Positions 13,385 through 24,884 of a DNA stretch of 64,000 bases are shown piece after piece. The stretch is taken from assembly GCF_001194135.2 (NCBI RefSeq), contig NC_069005.1, positions 34,652,110 to 34,716,109 of the forward strand, given 5' to 3'. Position 1 is the first letter of the stretch; the number at the start of each line of letters is the position of its first letter. This DNA comes from Octopus bimaculoides. Taxonomy: Eukaryota. Made by a program: the position numbers and the translations under genes. Below the pieces are notes generated by a model, which was not told the origin of the DNA, did not search any database, and saw nothing but the letters and a program-made list of their open reading frames with translations.

Positions 13385-15579
13385 CATATTAAAAATAACA
13401 TTGTGAGCTGCATATATTTCACGTTGTATTTATAAAGTTACTAAATGGTCAAACTTTACATTCACTGCAGAGCTATGAACTGCATTCTTTGTACAGAATG
13501 AAATTAAAATGTCCAGCTACAAGTTGTGCATATTTATATCAAATATGAGAATACAAAACCAATGAACTACATACATTTCATTGTCTGGTGGAAGCATATA
13601 AAGTATAAACAACAAACATTTCACATCATGATGAAAATATACGGAACAGAAACCACAAATTTTATCTTGTCTTGTTAGATTAAACCCTTCAAGACCGAGC
13701 CCCAGCATGGCCATAGTCAAATGACTAGAACAAGCATTGTTAAAGTAGCTCTTATATTTTATAGGAATAACTCGATAAATCTAGGGGTAAGGTGATTAAA
13801 TTAGTGGTAACGCTATAATTTCAGGGTTAACACAATACATTTTAGAGGTAAATTTATGTATTTTAGGATAATGCGATAGATTTCAAGGTAATCCAATATG
13901 TTTTTAGGGGTAGCGAAATCCATTTCAAGGTGACCCAATACATTTAGCCAGTTAAACTAAAGTGTACCCGATAAATTTAATGCAATTCAATTTTTAGAAA
14001 TGATTGACTAATTTATATACATATAAGACGAGAGATGTTGTGACGTATATCATGTTTTAATGACAGCACTAATGAATGAAGAGAAATCAAATTTACAACT
14101 ATAGAAATTATTTTATCGCTATTTTCTTTCTCGAATTTTATATTACATGTTTTTTAAATTTTATTTTTGAATAAATATTTTTCTTTCTTCATGTTACTTT
14201 TTCAAGATGAGAAATATAATTTAAAGCATTTTCATGTTCTTTCTCTCTCTTTTTTTTTTTTTTATAAAGAAATATAGAAAGTAATTTTTAATTCTATATA
14301 CGCGTGGCTATTACGTTCTGAGTTCAAATTCCGCCGAGGTCGATTTTGCCTTTCATGCTTTCAGGGTCGGTAAATTAAGTACCAGTTGCGTACTGGGTCA
14401 ATCTAATCGACTGCCCCCGCTCCCAAAAATTTCTGGCCTTATGCCTAGAGTAGAAAAGAATATACACGTGGCTGTATGGTAAGAAGCTTGCTTCCCAACC
14501 ACAAGGTTCCGGGTTCAGTTCCACTGCGTAGCACCTTGGTCAAGTGTCTTCCACTATATACTTAGGCCGACCAAAGCCTTGTGAGTGGATTCGGTAGACG
14601 GAAACTGAAAGAAGCCTGTCGTATGTATGTGTGTGAGTGTGTGTATCTTTGTGTCTGTGTTTGTCCTCCACTACCACTTGACAACCGGTGTTAGTGTGTT
14701 TACGTCCCCGTAATTATCAGTTCGGCAAAAGAAACCGATAGAATAAGTATCAGGCTTTGAAAAATATACTGGGGTCGTTTTGTTCGACTAAAAGACCTTT
14801 CAAGGCAGTGCATCAGCATGCCCGCAGTCAAATGACTGAAACAAGTAAAAGAAAAAGGATAGCCAAAATGGATATTGAATGGACGATCTGGCCAATGTCC
14901 TGTTTCCGTCGACCATTATGTAATAGAACAGCTGATCATGTCAATAGCTGCACAGTGTTGAACGTGAACGGAAGATGGAGCCGTATGTCTGGTCAATAGC
15001 CAATATATCTGGTCAGGAACCAAATATATCGACGATGAATTGTAAAATGAGTTATGTCCGTGTTGACCATAGATTGAATTGCTTCACTGGTCAATAACCG
15101 ATTTGTATGGGTGTATGTATGTGTAACTGGACGGGCGGCTATGAGCTGCACTTTTAATATTAGGGCAAAGAATTCTTTAACACAATCTACAAATGAATAA
15201 AATTCTGCGAAATTATTTCCACTTGAAATTAATTTTTATGATTACAATCTGAACAGAAATATCAGCTTTATCTCTGCACATCTGGATTCAATAACAAACA
15301 TATAAAATGATGTATGTTTCTTCAATTTATATATANNNNNNNNNNNNNNNNNNNNNNNNNNNNNNNNNNNNNNNNNNNNNNNNNNNNNNNNNNNNNNNNN
15401 NNNNNNNNNNNNNNNNNNNNNNNNNNNNNNNNNNNNNNNNNNNNNNNNNNNNNNNNNNNNNNNNNNNNNNNNNNNNNNNNNNNNNNNNNNNNNNNNNNNN
15501 NNNNNNNNNNNNNNNNNNNNNNNNNNNNNNNNNNNNNNNNNNNNNNNNNNNNNNNNNNNNNNNNNNNNNTTCATTTTTA

Positions 15580-15934
15580 AGGCGGCGAGCTGGCAGAAAC
15601 ATTGGCACGCCGGGCGAAATGCTTAGCGGTATTTCGTTTGCCGTTACGTTCTGAGTTCAAATTCCGCCGAGGCCGACTTTGCCTTTCATCCTTTCGGGGT
15701 CGGTAAATTAAGTACCAGTTGCGTACTGGGGTCGATCTAATCGACTTGCCCCCTCCCCAAAAATTTCAGGCCTTGTGCCTAGAGTAGAAAAGAATATGCA
15801 AGTTCCGCCGAGGTCGACTTGGCCTTTCATCCTTTCGGGGTCGATAAATTAAGTACCAGTTGCATACTGGAGTCGAGCTAATCGACTGGCCCCCTCCCCC
15901 AAAATTTCGGGTCTTGTGCCTAGAGTAGAAAAGA
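15580..15934 (+). mobile_element. SINE family A copy with tandemly duplicated 3' half
   Basis: 15660-15795 repeated at 15802-15934. Confidence 0.85.
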
Positions 15935-16489
15935 ATGTCTGTGAAAGAACTGTGGACGACACAGAGACAGAAGGGATCCGACATAACTGCAGTTCTGAGA
16001 AAGAAGAAATGGATTTGTCACAAATGGCTTCTTTGTTGGAAGGGCTTCAACGTTGAAGAAATTAAATGTTTCCATCACCACGATCAACAACAACAACAGC
16101 AGCAGCACAGTTACTCTTGCCACTGCCACTTCTAGTATCACCACTACCCTCACCACTACCACCACAACAAGCGTTACCACCACCGCCACCACATCCCCTG
16201 TCACGACCGCCTATAAATTTCAACTAATAACAGCAACAACAGCAGTAAGAACATCGACAGCTTTAACAAGGTTTATCTGTCTTCTGAACGACAAACTTTA
16301 ATGAATATCGTAAGAAATATTTAGATAAGTTTAATTATTTTTATCACGAATATCATTTTGTATATGAGGGACTATATTGTCGATTGTACCCCGCCACACA
16401 CTTTTCTCGTCGGAGCTGGGCAAGTTATGGGGTGGGGGTGGATACAGCGAGGCTGTTGCAGCTATAGTGTTCTAAGTTCGTATCCCGCT

Positions 16490-16503
16490 GTTGCCATGGC
16501 AGG
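16490..16503 (+). promoter_or_regulatory. Possible RFX X-box GTTGCCATGGCAGG
   Basis: 12/14 match to GTTGCCATGGCAAC in a locally GC-richer island, upstream of an ATG and GTGAGT donor. Confidence 0.35.
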
Positions 16504-18334
16504 CTGTGATCCCAGAAAAACAATTGGAATACTTCAGGAAAAGAATTGCACAGGAACTTTCGGGATATATTTTCTGATTCAGAGATCGTCTGGTTCGCTA
16601 TGTCAGATATCAGTAGCAAGACGGTGGAGTATGGCTAAATACTTTGATGTTTTTGAAGTGAGTAATAATGGTAATTATTATTATTTCTACTAATTAGTTC
16701 CGTAAAAAGGAGACCCCCCCCCCCACCACCAACTATTATCTTACCCAAAAAGAAGACTATTTAACGGAAGATAACTTTTAACTATGTTTATTGGAGTTAC
16801 TTCCCTTATGTCATTCGTTGTTGGGTTTTAGGTGTCTTTCAAAAGCTGATAGGCTGGCCGTAGGATTATTGGGCTGGCAGAATCGTTAGCACGCCGGGCA
16901 AAATGCTTAGCGATATTTCGTCTGCTGCAAATTCCACCGAGGTCGATTTTGCCTTTCATCCTTTTGGGATCGATAAATTAAGTACCAGTTACGCACTGGG
17001 GTCGATGTAATCGACTTAATCCCTTTGTTTGTCCCCTCTATGTTTAGCCCCTTGTGGGCAGTAAAGAAACAAAAAATATTATTGTTATTATTATTATTAT
17101 GGCTGGATTCCCACCTGGGCCGTAGCAAGAAAGTCTNNNNNNNNNNNNNNNNNNNNNNNNNNNNNNNNNNNNNNNNNNNNNNNNNNNNNNNNNNNNNNNN
17201 NNNNNNNNNNNNNNNNNNNNNNNNNNNNNNNNNNNNNNNNNNNNNNNNNNNNNNNNNNNNNNNNNNNNNNNNNNNNNNNNNNNNNNNNNNNNNNNNNNNN
17301 NNNNNNNNNNNNNNNNNNNNNNNNNNNNNNNNNNNNNNNNNNNNNNNNNNNNNNNNNNNNNNNNNNNNNNNNNNNNNNNNNNNNNNNNNNNNNNNNNNNN
17401 NNNNNNNNNNNNNNNNNNNNNNNNNNNNNNNNNNNNNNNNNNNNNNNNNNNNNNNNNNNNNNNNNNNNNNNNNNNNNNNNNNNNNNNNNNNNNNNNNNNN
17501 NNNNNNNNNNNNNNNNNNNNNNNNNNNNNNNNNNNNNNNNNNNNNNNNNNNNNNNNNNNNNNNNNNNNNNNNNNACGAGGCTTCTTATGCAGCCCCGGAA
17601 AAATCCAGCAAATAATTTCAGATGGAAAAAAAGTTATTTTGTATGATGTCACGTAATTCACACTTTTTGGATCCGCTTCAAAATATTCAACGTAAATTCC
17701 AGGAAAGAAAACTAATAGTCAAACTTTTCTGTGAAAACTAAATCAAAATAATTCTTGTAACTGTTACAGCTTAGATATTTCGTTTCTGTCTGACTTTTAG
17801 TCACGTCACATCAGAACGCCCATTCTTGGATATTTACACAGAATGGTAAATAACGCGGGGGTAGGGTGGGGTCGAAAGGAATGAGAGATGTGGAACCGAA
17901 AAACGAGAAGGCCACAAGTGATAGTTTCTAAATAATCTGGCAATGAAGTGGCCAACGAGGGAAGTCCTGACATGGCAGAAATAGCTGTCAAATCTATCTC
18001 GGAACACACTACTGTCTTACGCATGAAACAATAACGATTTCAACGTAGTGGACAGACATGACAGAAATAGCAGCCAAACCTTCCACTAAACATCCATGAC
18101 TGTCTGTCTGTCTGTCTATAAGTATGTACGTATGTATGCATGTGAGTATGCGTGTATGTATGTGCCTGTGCTTGTGTGTATGCATGTGTTTGAGTGTACG
18201 TATGTGCGTGAGCATGTATGTGTGTGTATATATATATATATATATGTAGTATGTAGTATGTATGTATGTATGTATGTATGTATGTATGTATGCGTGTTTG
18301 CATGTGTGCTTTATGTGGACCTTTCTGTAGCTGT

Positions 18335-19070
18335 ATATGGACAAAGGTTAAAAATTGTCCCCAAATTCTTATGTTTAGGAAGTACTATGAGCACTTCTGG
18401 TCTTGATAATGAAATTTCTTATAGAATAAGCAAATCTAGTGATGCCTTTGATAGGCTTAACCATCACCTCTGGTCAAGCCATAACATACCTAAACAAACT
18501 AAAGTTTAAGGTTTCTAACGCCTGTTCTGCCATTACTGCCCCATGGAAGTGAGACATGGCTTATTTAAGGTAAACATTTCACGCATTTAGAACGATTCCA
18601 TCAATATTGACTTTGGAAAATTCTTAGGATAAACTGGAGAATGGCAATCGGTGAAGTAGAGGTAATTGAGAGAAGTTGTAGTAGGAATGTAGAACCGATC
18701 ATTCTGCAAAATAGTTTGAGGTGAGGTGGGCATCTGGTGAGAATAAATGATGAAAGACTTCTGGAGTAACTTATGTATGGTGAGCTGGAAGATGGTAAAT
18801 GGCCAGCACATAAAGCTAAAGACTGCCTTAAAACTGCTTTGACAGAGAGACAGGAATTTCAGATGTTAATTGGGACAGAGAAGTACAAGAGCGAAATAGA
18901 TGGAGGAAAAAGGGTTCACACAGTGGCTGCTGGAGGTTTGAAAGAGAGAGAATGAAACAGGAGAAGATCAAGAGAAAGCTTTGAAAGAATGGACCTGTGG
19001 GAAATGAAGGAGTATTGATTTTGTGGTTTGTAGGAGGCAATGCTTAGGTTGCGCAAGCCTTGTCAGCCTA
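18335..19070 (+). pseudogene. RTE-clade LINE 3' RT remnant
   Basis: VPKFLCLGSTMS...DNEISYRISKSSDAFDRL...LW...TKV; GSETW, LERFHQ and YGELEDGK fragments. Confidence 0.85.
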
Positions 19071-19706
19071 TCAAAGGAGCGACGGGAATCGAACCCTTGT
19101 AAATTATGATACAGCTATTGCTGACAAGAGAACATGGGTAACCTGTAGAAAGGATAGCCGTTCAGTTGGAGGATTAAGAAGATAAGGTCAAAAGATGTCA
19201 TACTGTGGCACCGGTGCCTTCTGCCAGCAGCCAGCACAACTGTGCAAAACTTTGGCGGGGCTCAAGTCATATAAGGGGCTCAAGAGTCATATAAGGGCCC
19301 TACATTGCATCATCGATGACTCATTTTAAGGATTCTTTCCAGCAATGGCTTCGCCTTTTATACGAGAAAGCAGTCACTATGTGTGTAAGTATGTATGTAT
19401 GTATGTATGTATGTATGCGTGTATATATTTGTGTCTGTGTTTGTTGTCCCCGCCCCCAACATCGCTTGATAACCGATGCTGGTGTGTGTTTATGTCCCCA
19501 TAACTCAGCGGTTCGGCAAAAGAGACCGATAGAATAAGTAACTAAGCTTACAAAGAATAAGTTCTGAGGTCGATTTGTTCGACTAAAGGCGCTGCTGCAG
19601 CATGGCCAGTCAAAATGACTGAAACAAGTAAAAGAATGTGTATCTCCATTACACATATACATACATATATATATACATACGTGTACATGTGTGTTATATG
19701 CATGTC

Positions 19707-19751
<45 letters not shown>

Positions 19752-19789
19752 GTATGTTTGTGTGTGTTTAGCAAACAAAATCGCTTTTG

Positions 19790-21845
19790 ATTTTTTTACA
19801 GATTTATATTTGAAAAAAGTACACCAAGGAGAAATTACGATATAATAGTTTTAACTAAATCAGTATTTTTTTTATAAAATGATAATCATTTCAGTAATTT
19901 CGTTCAAAGAACGTATTTTAACGATATAAAAAGTCAGGAAATATATTATTGATATTTTTGTTAATCAAAAATTACATTTTTCAATCATTTCTCAAGAAAT
20001 GTTTCGATTTTTTTTTGTTTGCTTTCTGACTGAGTAAACTTTTGAGGAAAGAACATGAAAGCAAACTCATTTAAAATGTCAACAAACATCAAAGATCAAT
20101 TAATATGATATAGTAGAATATATTTCGATAGATTTGATAAATTTAGTTTACCTTGAAAGCCGAGTTTAGAAGGAAAATGGTGTGAGATGCGGCAGAAAGT
20201 GGAAGAACTGCTTCAATGGTCGTCTCTGGTTTGAGAAAACTGTCGTCTGCTTTTGAAAGGCAAAACTGGAAAAGTCCGGCTCTTTCCGTATCGGTTCAGT
20301 TCAACCAATGAGTGAGTGGTTATGCATGTGAGTGTGTGTATGTGCGTATGTGTGCGCGTGTGCGTACGCGTGTGCGTGTGCGTGCGTGCGCGTGTGCGTA
20401 CGTGCGCGTGTGCGTGCGTACGTGCGCGTGTGCGTGTGCATGTGTGTCATGGAGCAAGAGATATAGGAAACAAAGTAGGAGAAAATGAGATAGTAATAAA
20501 AAAACGGAGCCCATAGACGTCTTTTTCCTGAGAAGGATATTATTTATTTAGAAAGGGAAAGCCGGGAAAGGTCCGGTTGTATGCGAAATAGTTTTGGTTT
20601 GACCATTGTATGTTTAATTCAGTGCGTATGTAACTGTGTCTATGTATAGGAGCGCGTGCGCGTGAGCATGATGAGGAGACCTTATCCGTCCATTGTAAAT
20701 TAGTGAAGGGACCTCTCAAAATTCAAAAACTTGGGGGGTTTCAGAGAAGGGAACTCTAAATACTTACGGCTCTTCTTTGACACCCTGGGCCCAGAGCCGA
20801 TGCCCATTTAATAGGTACTACTAAAGCAGCGCGGACCCAAACGCGCAGTCGCGCGTCCGCGCTAGCTAGTCTTGAGTGGTCGATCCTAACCCTAACCCTA
20901 TCCCTAACCCGCGTGTGCAAATGAATACATGTTTAGGGTTAGGGTTAGGAATAGGGTTAGGGTTAGGATCGACCACTCACGACTAGCTAGCGCGGACGCG
21001 CGACTGCGCGTTCGGGTCCGCGCTGCTTTAGTAGTACCCATTTAATAAATACAACCTTCCCCCCTTTTAGGCCCGGACAACAAATGTTGAAAAAAAGTAT
21101 CTACAAAATGACTGAAGTCAAAATATTACACAACGACTTTTCATGTTAAACCTTTGAAAGAAATAAAGAGTGAAATCAGAAAATTTGAGAAAAAGGGAAT
21201 TTAGAAAACTGTTAGCCATCAAGTTTTCCTTTCACACGTACAAATACACGCACGCACACACACACACATATAGCTTCTTGTGTGCACGGGTACACATACA
21301 TTTTTCCATATCTATTAGCAATGCTTTATTACAGTACCTCTCCCTTTCTATCTATCTATCTATCTATCTCCCATTTTGTTTCCCTTCTCTGTCTCAGCGC
21401 CATTATCCACATACACACATACATTCTCACTCACACATACACAGAGTGGTTGAACCGAGTGGCAGACGACCATTGAATTTGTTTTCCAGTTTTGTTGAAT
21501 TTCTGCCGCACAGTTTTTAATTCAAGGTAAACTAATTTAAATTCATTGAAAAATATTCTACAATATTACATTAATTTATCTTTGATATTTGTTGACATTT
21601 TAAATGAGCTAACAAGTTTCGTTTGCTCTTGTTCTTTCCTTTAAAATTTACTTTAAGAATTGATTGAAAAATTAATTTTTCAAACAAAACTTATCAAAGT
21701 TACAAAATAACTTCTTATATCGTATCATTATATGAATGAAATTACTTAATCGATCATAGTGTAAAAAAAAACAAATTTAATCTAAAACATTGTTTTGTAA
21801 TTTCTTTAAGATTTTTACTTTCATGTCATTTCAAGATATAAAGCT
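19790..21845. repeat. Diverged inverted duplication; arms about 19790-20320 and 21440-21845
   Basis: Shared TTCAAGGTAAACTAA...ATATTCTAC...ATCTTTGAT.TTTGTTGACATTTTAAATGAG...TGTTCTTTCCT...TGATTGAAAAA...TTATATCGT blocks in opposite orientation. Confidence 0.85.
20814..21038. mobile_element. 225-bp foldback/Mutator-like MITE with ~97-bp TIRs carrying (CCCTAA)/(TTAGGG) repeats
   Basis: Arms 20814-20910 and 20942-21038 differ at 3 positions; exact 9-bp TSD CATTTAATA on both sides; TIR starts GG. Confidence 0.85.
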
Positions 21846-22936
21846 CTAAAACGAACACAGAACACACATTTCTGTCTGTTCTTCTATTTGTCTCTGTCTG
21901 TTTATCCATCCAACATTTTGTGTCTATCAACTCCTCTCTTTTTTCTGTGTCTACTTCTATCCATTTATTTATCGATCTCATTACGTGTCCCTTTACTTAC
22001 AAATCGATTGATTAATGGAGATAGAGAGTGAGAAAGTCGATGGAGACAAATAGACGGGCAAACAGGTTAACAAGAGGAATATCAGATGTGAGAAATGGCT
22101 AATGGAACAAATATGATATGAGACGGTCGTTATCATAATTATCAAAAAGTAAACACCAGTCAAGTGTTGGGGGCCGATGTAATCGACTTACCCCTCCCCT
22201 CAAAAACTGCTGGGTCCTGTGCCAAAATCTGAAACCATTATATTTGTTATTAGAATCGTTAGCAGGCCGGACAAAATGCTGTGCGGCATTTCGTCCGTCT
22301 TTACGTTCTGGGATCAAATTCCGCCGAGGTCGACTTTGCCTTTCATCCTTTTGGGAACGATAAGTACCAGTGATACACTGGAGTCGATGTAATCCCCTGA
22401 AATTTCAAGCCGTGTGCCTATAGTCGAAAGGATTATGTTGCAGAATCCTAATCTCTGAAGCTCAAAACAGAGATTTGAAGAAACAACGGGTTTCAGAGTG
22501 TTAGCCGAAAATAATGGCCGCTCTGAGTGTTGTGTTTTCAAACGCAATTTTATCATCGTATTTTAATTATATTTTGGGTGAATTTCGACATACTTGGTAA
22601 TTGAAGTATGCTCTTTAATAATGTTCTACTTAATTCAGACAGAAAACATCCCTGAAGCATAGGCNNNNNNNNNNNNNNNNNNNNNNNNNNNNNNNNNNNN
22701 NNNNNNNNNNNNNNNNNNNNNNNNNNNNNNNNNNNNNNNNNNNNNNNNNNNNNNNNNNNNNNNNNNNNNNNNNNNNNNNNNNNNNNNNNNNNNNNNNNNN
22801 NNNNNNNNNNNNNNNNNNNNNNNNNNNNNNNNNNNNNNNNNNNNNNTTCTTGCATGAGTTCAAGCTTCCTAAATATAAGAATTGGCTGAAAATTTTTAAC
22901 CTTTGTCCATATACAAACTGAACTCATGCAAGAAAA

Positions 22937-23215
22937 ATAAACGAAACTGCTTGAACCATTTTTTAAGCATCTAAACACAATTTTAAGTGATAAAACTTTC
23001 AGGTCCAAACCAAAAGTGGGTTCAGCTTTCAGAGATTTCTTAGCATCAAAGCCAATAAGTTTTTATCAACAAGGCATAAAGAATCTCGTTGACCGATGGC
23101 AGAGATGCAGAGATGTTCACGGCTCATACTTTGACTAATCAAAACATTTCTACAGTGAATTTTTCCAGAACAAAATTGTTTCTAGAATTGACCATCATTT
23201 TCGGAACAACCTAAT
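22937..23215 (+). pseudogene. Mariner transposase 3' end and right TIR
   Basis: FFKHLNTILSDKTF...FYQQGIKNLVDRWQRC...GSYFD*; TIR ..TTCGGAACAACCTAATA. Confidence 0.85.
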
Positions 23216-24710
23216 AATTTCTTACTTTATTCTATAACTAGAAAATATTGGTGTAATCTAGAGCATGGGAAAAGCTGGCCCTTCATTTTCCTTTGTTGTT
23301 ATTTGAGATAATTTAGGAGGGATAGTTATGGTCGGAACAGCATGATCGTTAGTCTGCTTGACCAGGGAATGGCCTAGGGCTAAGCAACAACAACAACAAA
23401 ATACTGATAATTGTAATAGTACTCATTGACTTATGAGAACCAAGATGTAATGTTACTCTGGATATTAATGGTATTGGAAAACATTCGAGTGTCACAACTG
23501 CTTGTTTCTTCTTCAATTAAATCCAAATTGTATTTAGTCATTAAAAGAAACTAATATTAAAATCATCAAATTCTATTAGAAAACAACATCAACAAATTTT
23601 TATTTAAGCACATATGTGTGTGTCTGTGTGGCCTCGTTTTGGAAGAGGCTCACTGCATCGCTGCATGTTGTAAGAGGCAACTAAAATAGTTGGTGACAGG
23701 AGAGGCATCCAGCTGAAAAACACTTCCACACAGAAAATGTCCAACCCATGCCAGCATGGAAAAGTGGACATAAAACGCTGATAAATGAGTGTGTGTGTGC
23801 GTGTATGTATGTATATATATATATATACCTACACGTATATATATTTTTTTAAGTGTGTGTGTGTTTATTTCAAAGTTTTATTTTTTCTTGGGTGAGCTCT
23901 TCCGGATTCCAAAATACAAAACAACTCCTGTACAAAGTCTCATGTTGCTAAAATAAAGGAACAACAAACAGTTATACAAATATGTTAGTGTTAACACCAT
24001 TGTAGGATAAAAAAAAGAATATGTTTTAATTGATTATAGGTCCTAGATTAGCTTTTAAGATGTTTTGGAAAGAAATTTTTGTCTGTATGAAAAATAACTT
24101 GTGTTTCTTGTACAAAAAATACTGTAGAATCAATCAGCTGAGTAGAGAAATGGCAGTTTATTAGCTGATAGTTTTTATTTTTTTATTTTTACATTCTACT
24201 TTTTAAAAAACAAAAAGACATCAAGTCCAATACTTGGGTTTCTGTCGGATTCAAATTTACAAAAGTGTAGACATTGATGATGGTGATGAAAATAGCAAAA
24301 TTTCAATTAATATGTCTGTGTAAATTTGGTATTGATTTGTGTATGTTTGTGTGTGTGTGCATGTGCTTGTGTTATGTGTGTGTGTGTGTGTGTGCATACA
24401 TATACTTTCCATATAAAAACGTATATACACCTATATGCAGAAATATACAATCTTACATTTATAATGTTAAATAATGTCTGTGTGTGTGTGTAATGTATGT
24501 CTATACATTCAAATTCAAATAAAAAAAACACCTACATATACAATATAATCTAATGAATCTAAATCTGGATTGTTTAAAATCTTTAATAGTGTTTTCAAAG
24601 TAGTTTTAGATTCATTATCTGAATGATATGCAGATGGTTGTAACCAGAATCTTCTGAGCACATCTGTAATATAAAGATGAATGTTAACCAGTGATTATGA
24701 TGTGAATGGT

Positions 24711-24884
24711 TCAAGAAACCGTGATGACTACTTTGTTGGGCCGTTTCAGCTGGCTTTCTCGTACTAATGCTGTTAACATGCTGTTTTCATTCATTAATAA
24801 TTGAGAAGCTTTATCAAATTCCACAATTCTACCTTGGTCTAATACCATAACACGGTCATAATCATTTAGATGAGTCAGATGATG
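24711..24884 (-). CDS. SUR (ABCC8/ABCC9): SUR terminal exon HHLTHLNDYDRVMVLDQGRIVEFD...VITVS*
   Basis: 174 nt; ABCC VMVLDxGxIVEFD motif; TGA stop. Confidence 0.94.
   Translation of the reverse strand, partial: HHLTHLNDYDRVMVLDQGRIVEFDKASQLLMNENSMLTALVRESQLKRPNKVVITVS

Noticed and set aside
13740-13990. Weak ~20-bp periodicity (TTTAGGGGTAA-like)
   Set aside because: Highly degenerate old minisatellite with no further structure.
15920-16301. Thr/Val/Gln-rich ORFs
   Set aside because: Trinucleotide low-complexity sequence next to a SINE.
19081-19110. tRNA-like GGGAATCGAACCC fragments (also 27110-27170, 41630-41700, 35930-36000)
   Set aside because: B-box or T-arm remnants of SINE heads; no complete cloverleaf.
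21500-21620. TTCAAG|GTAAAC resembles the nematode spliced-leader RNA junction
   Set aside because: No clear Sm site or SL stem-loops, no tandem array, and I know of no SL trans-splicing in molluscs; kept only as part of the inverted-duplication finding.
13400-24700. Expected Kir6-like gene 3' of SUR (vertebrate ABCC8-KCNJ11 and ABCC9-KCNJ8 linkage)
   Set aside because: No Kir pore motif or long ORF is visible; small N gaps remain but are too short for a Kir CDS.
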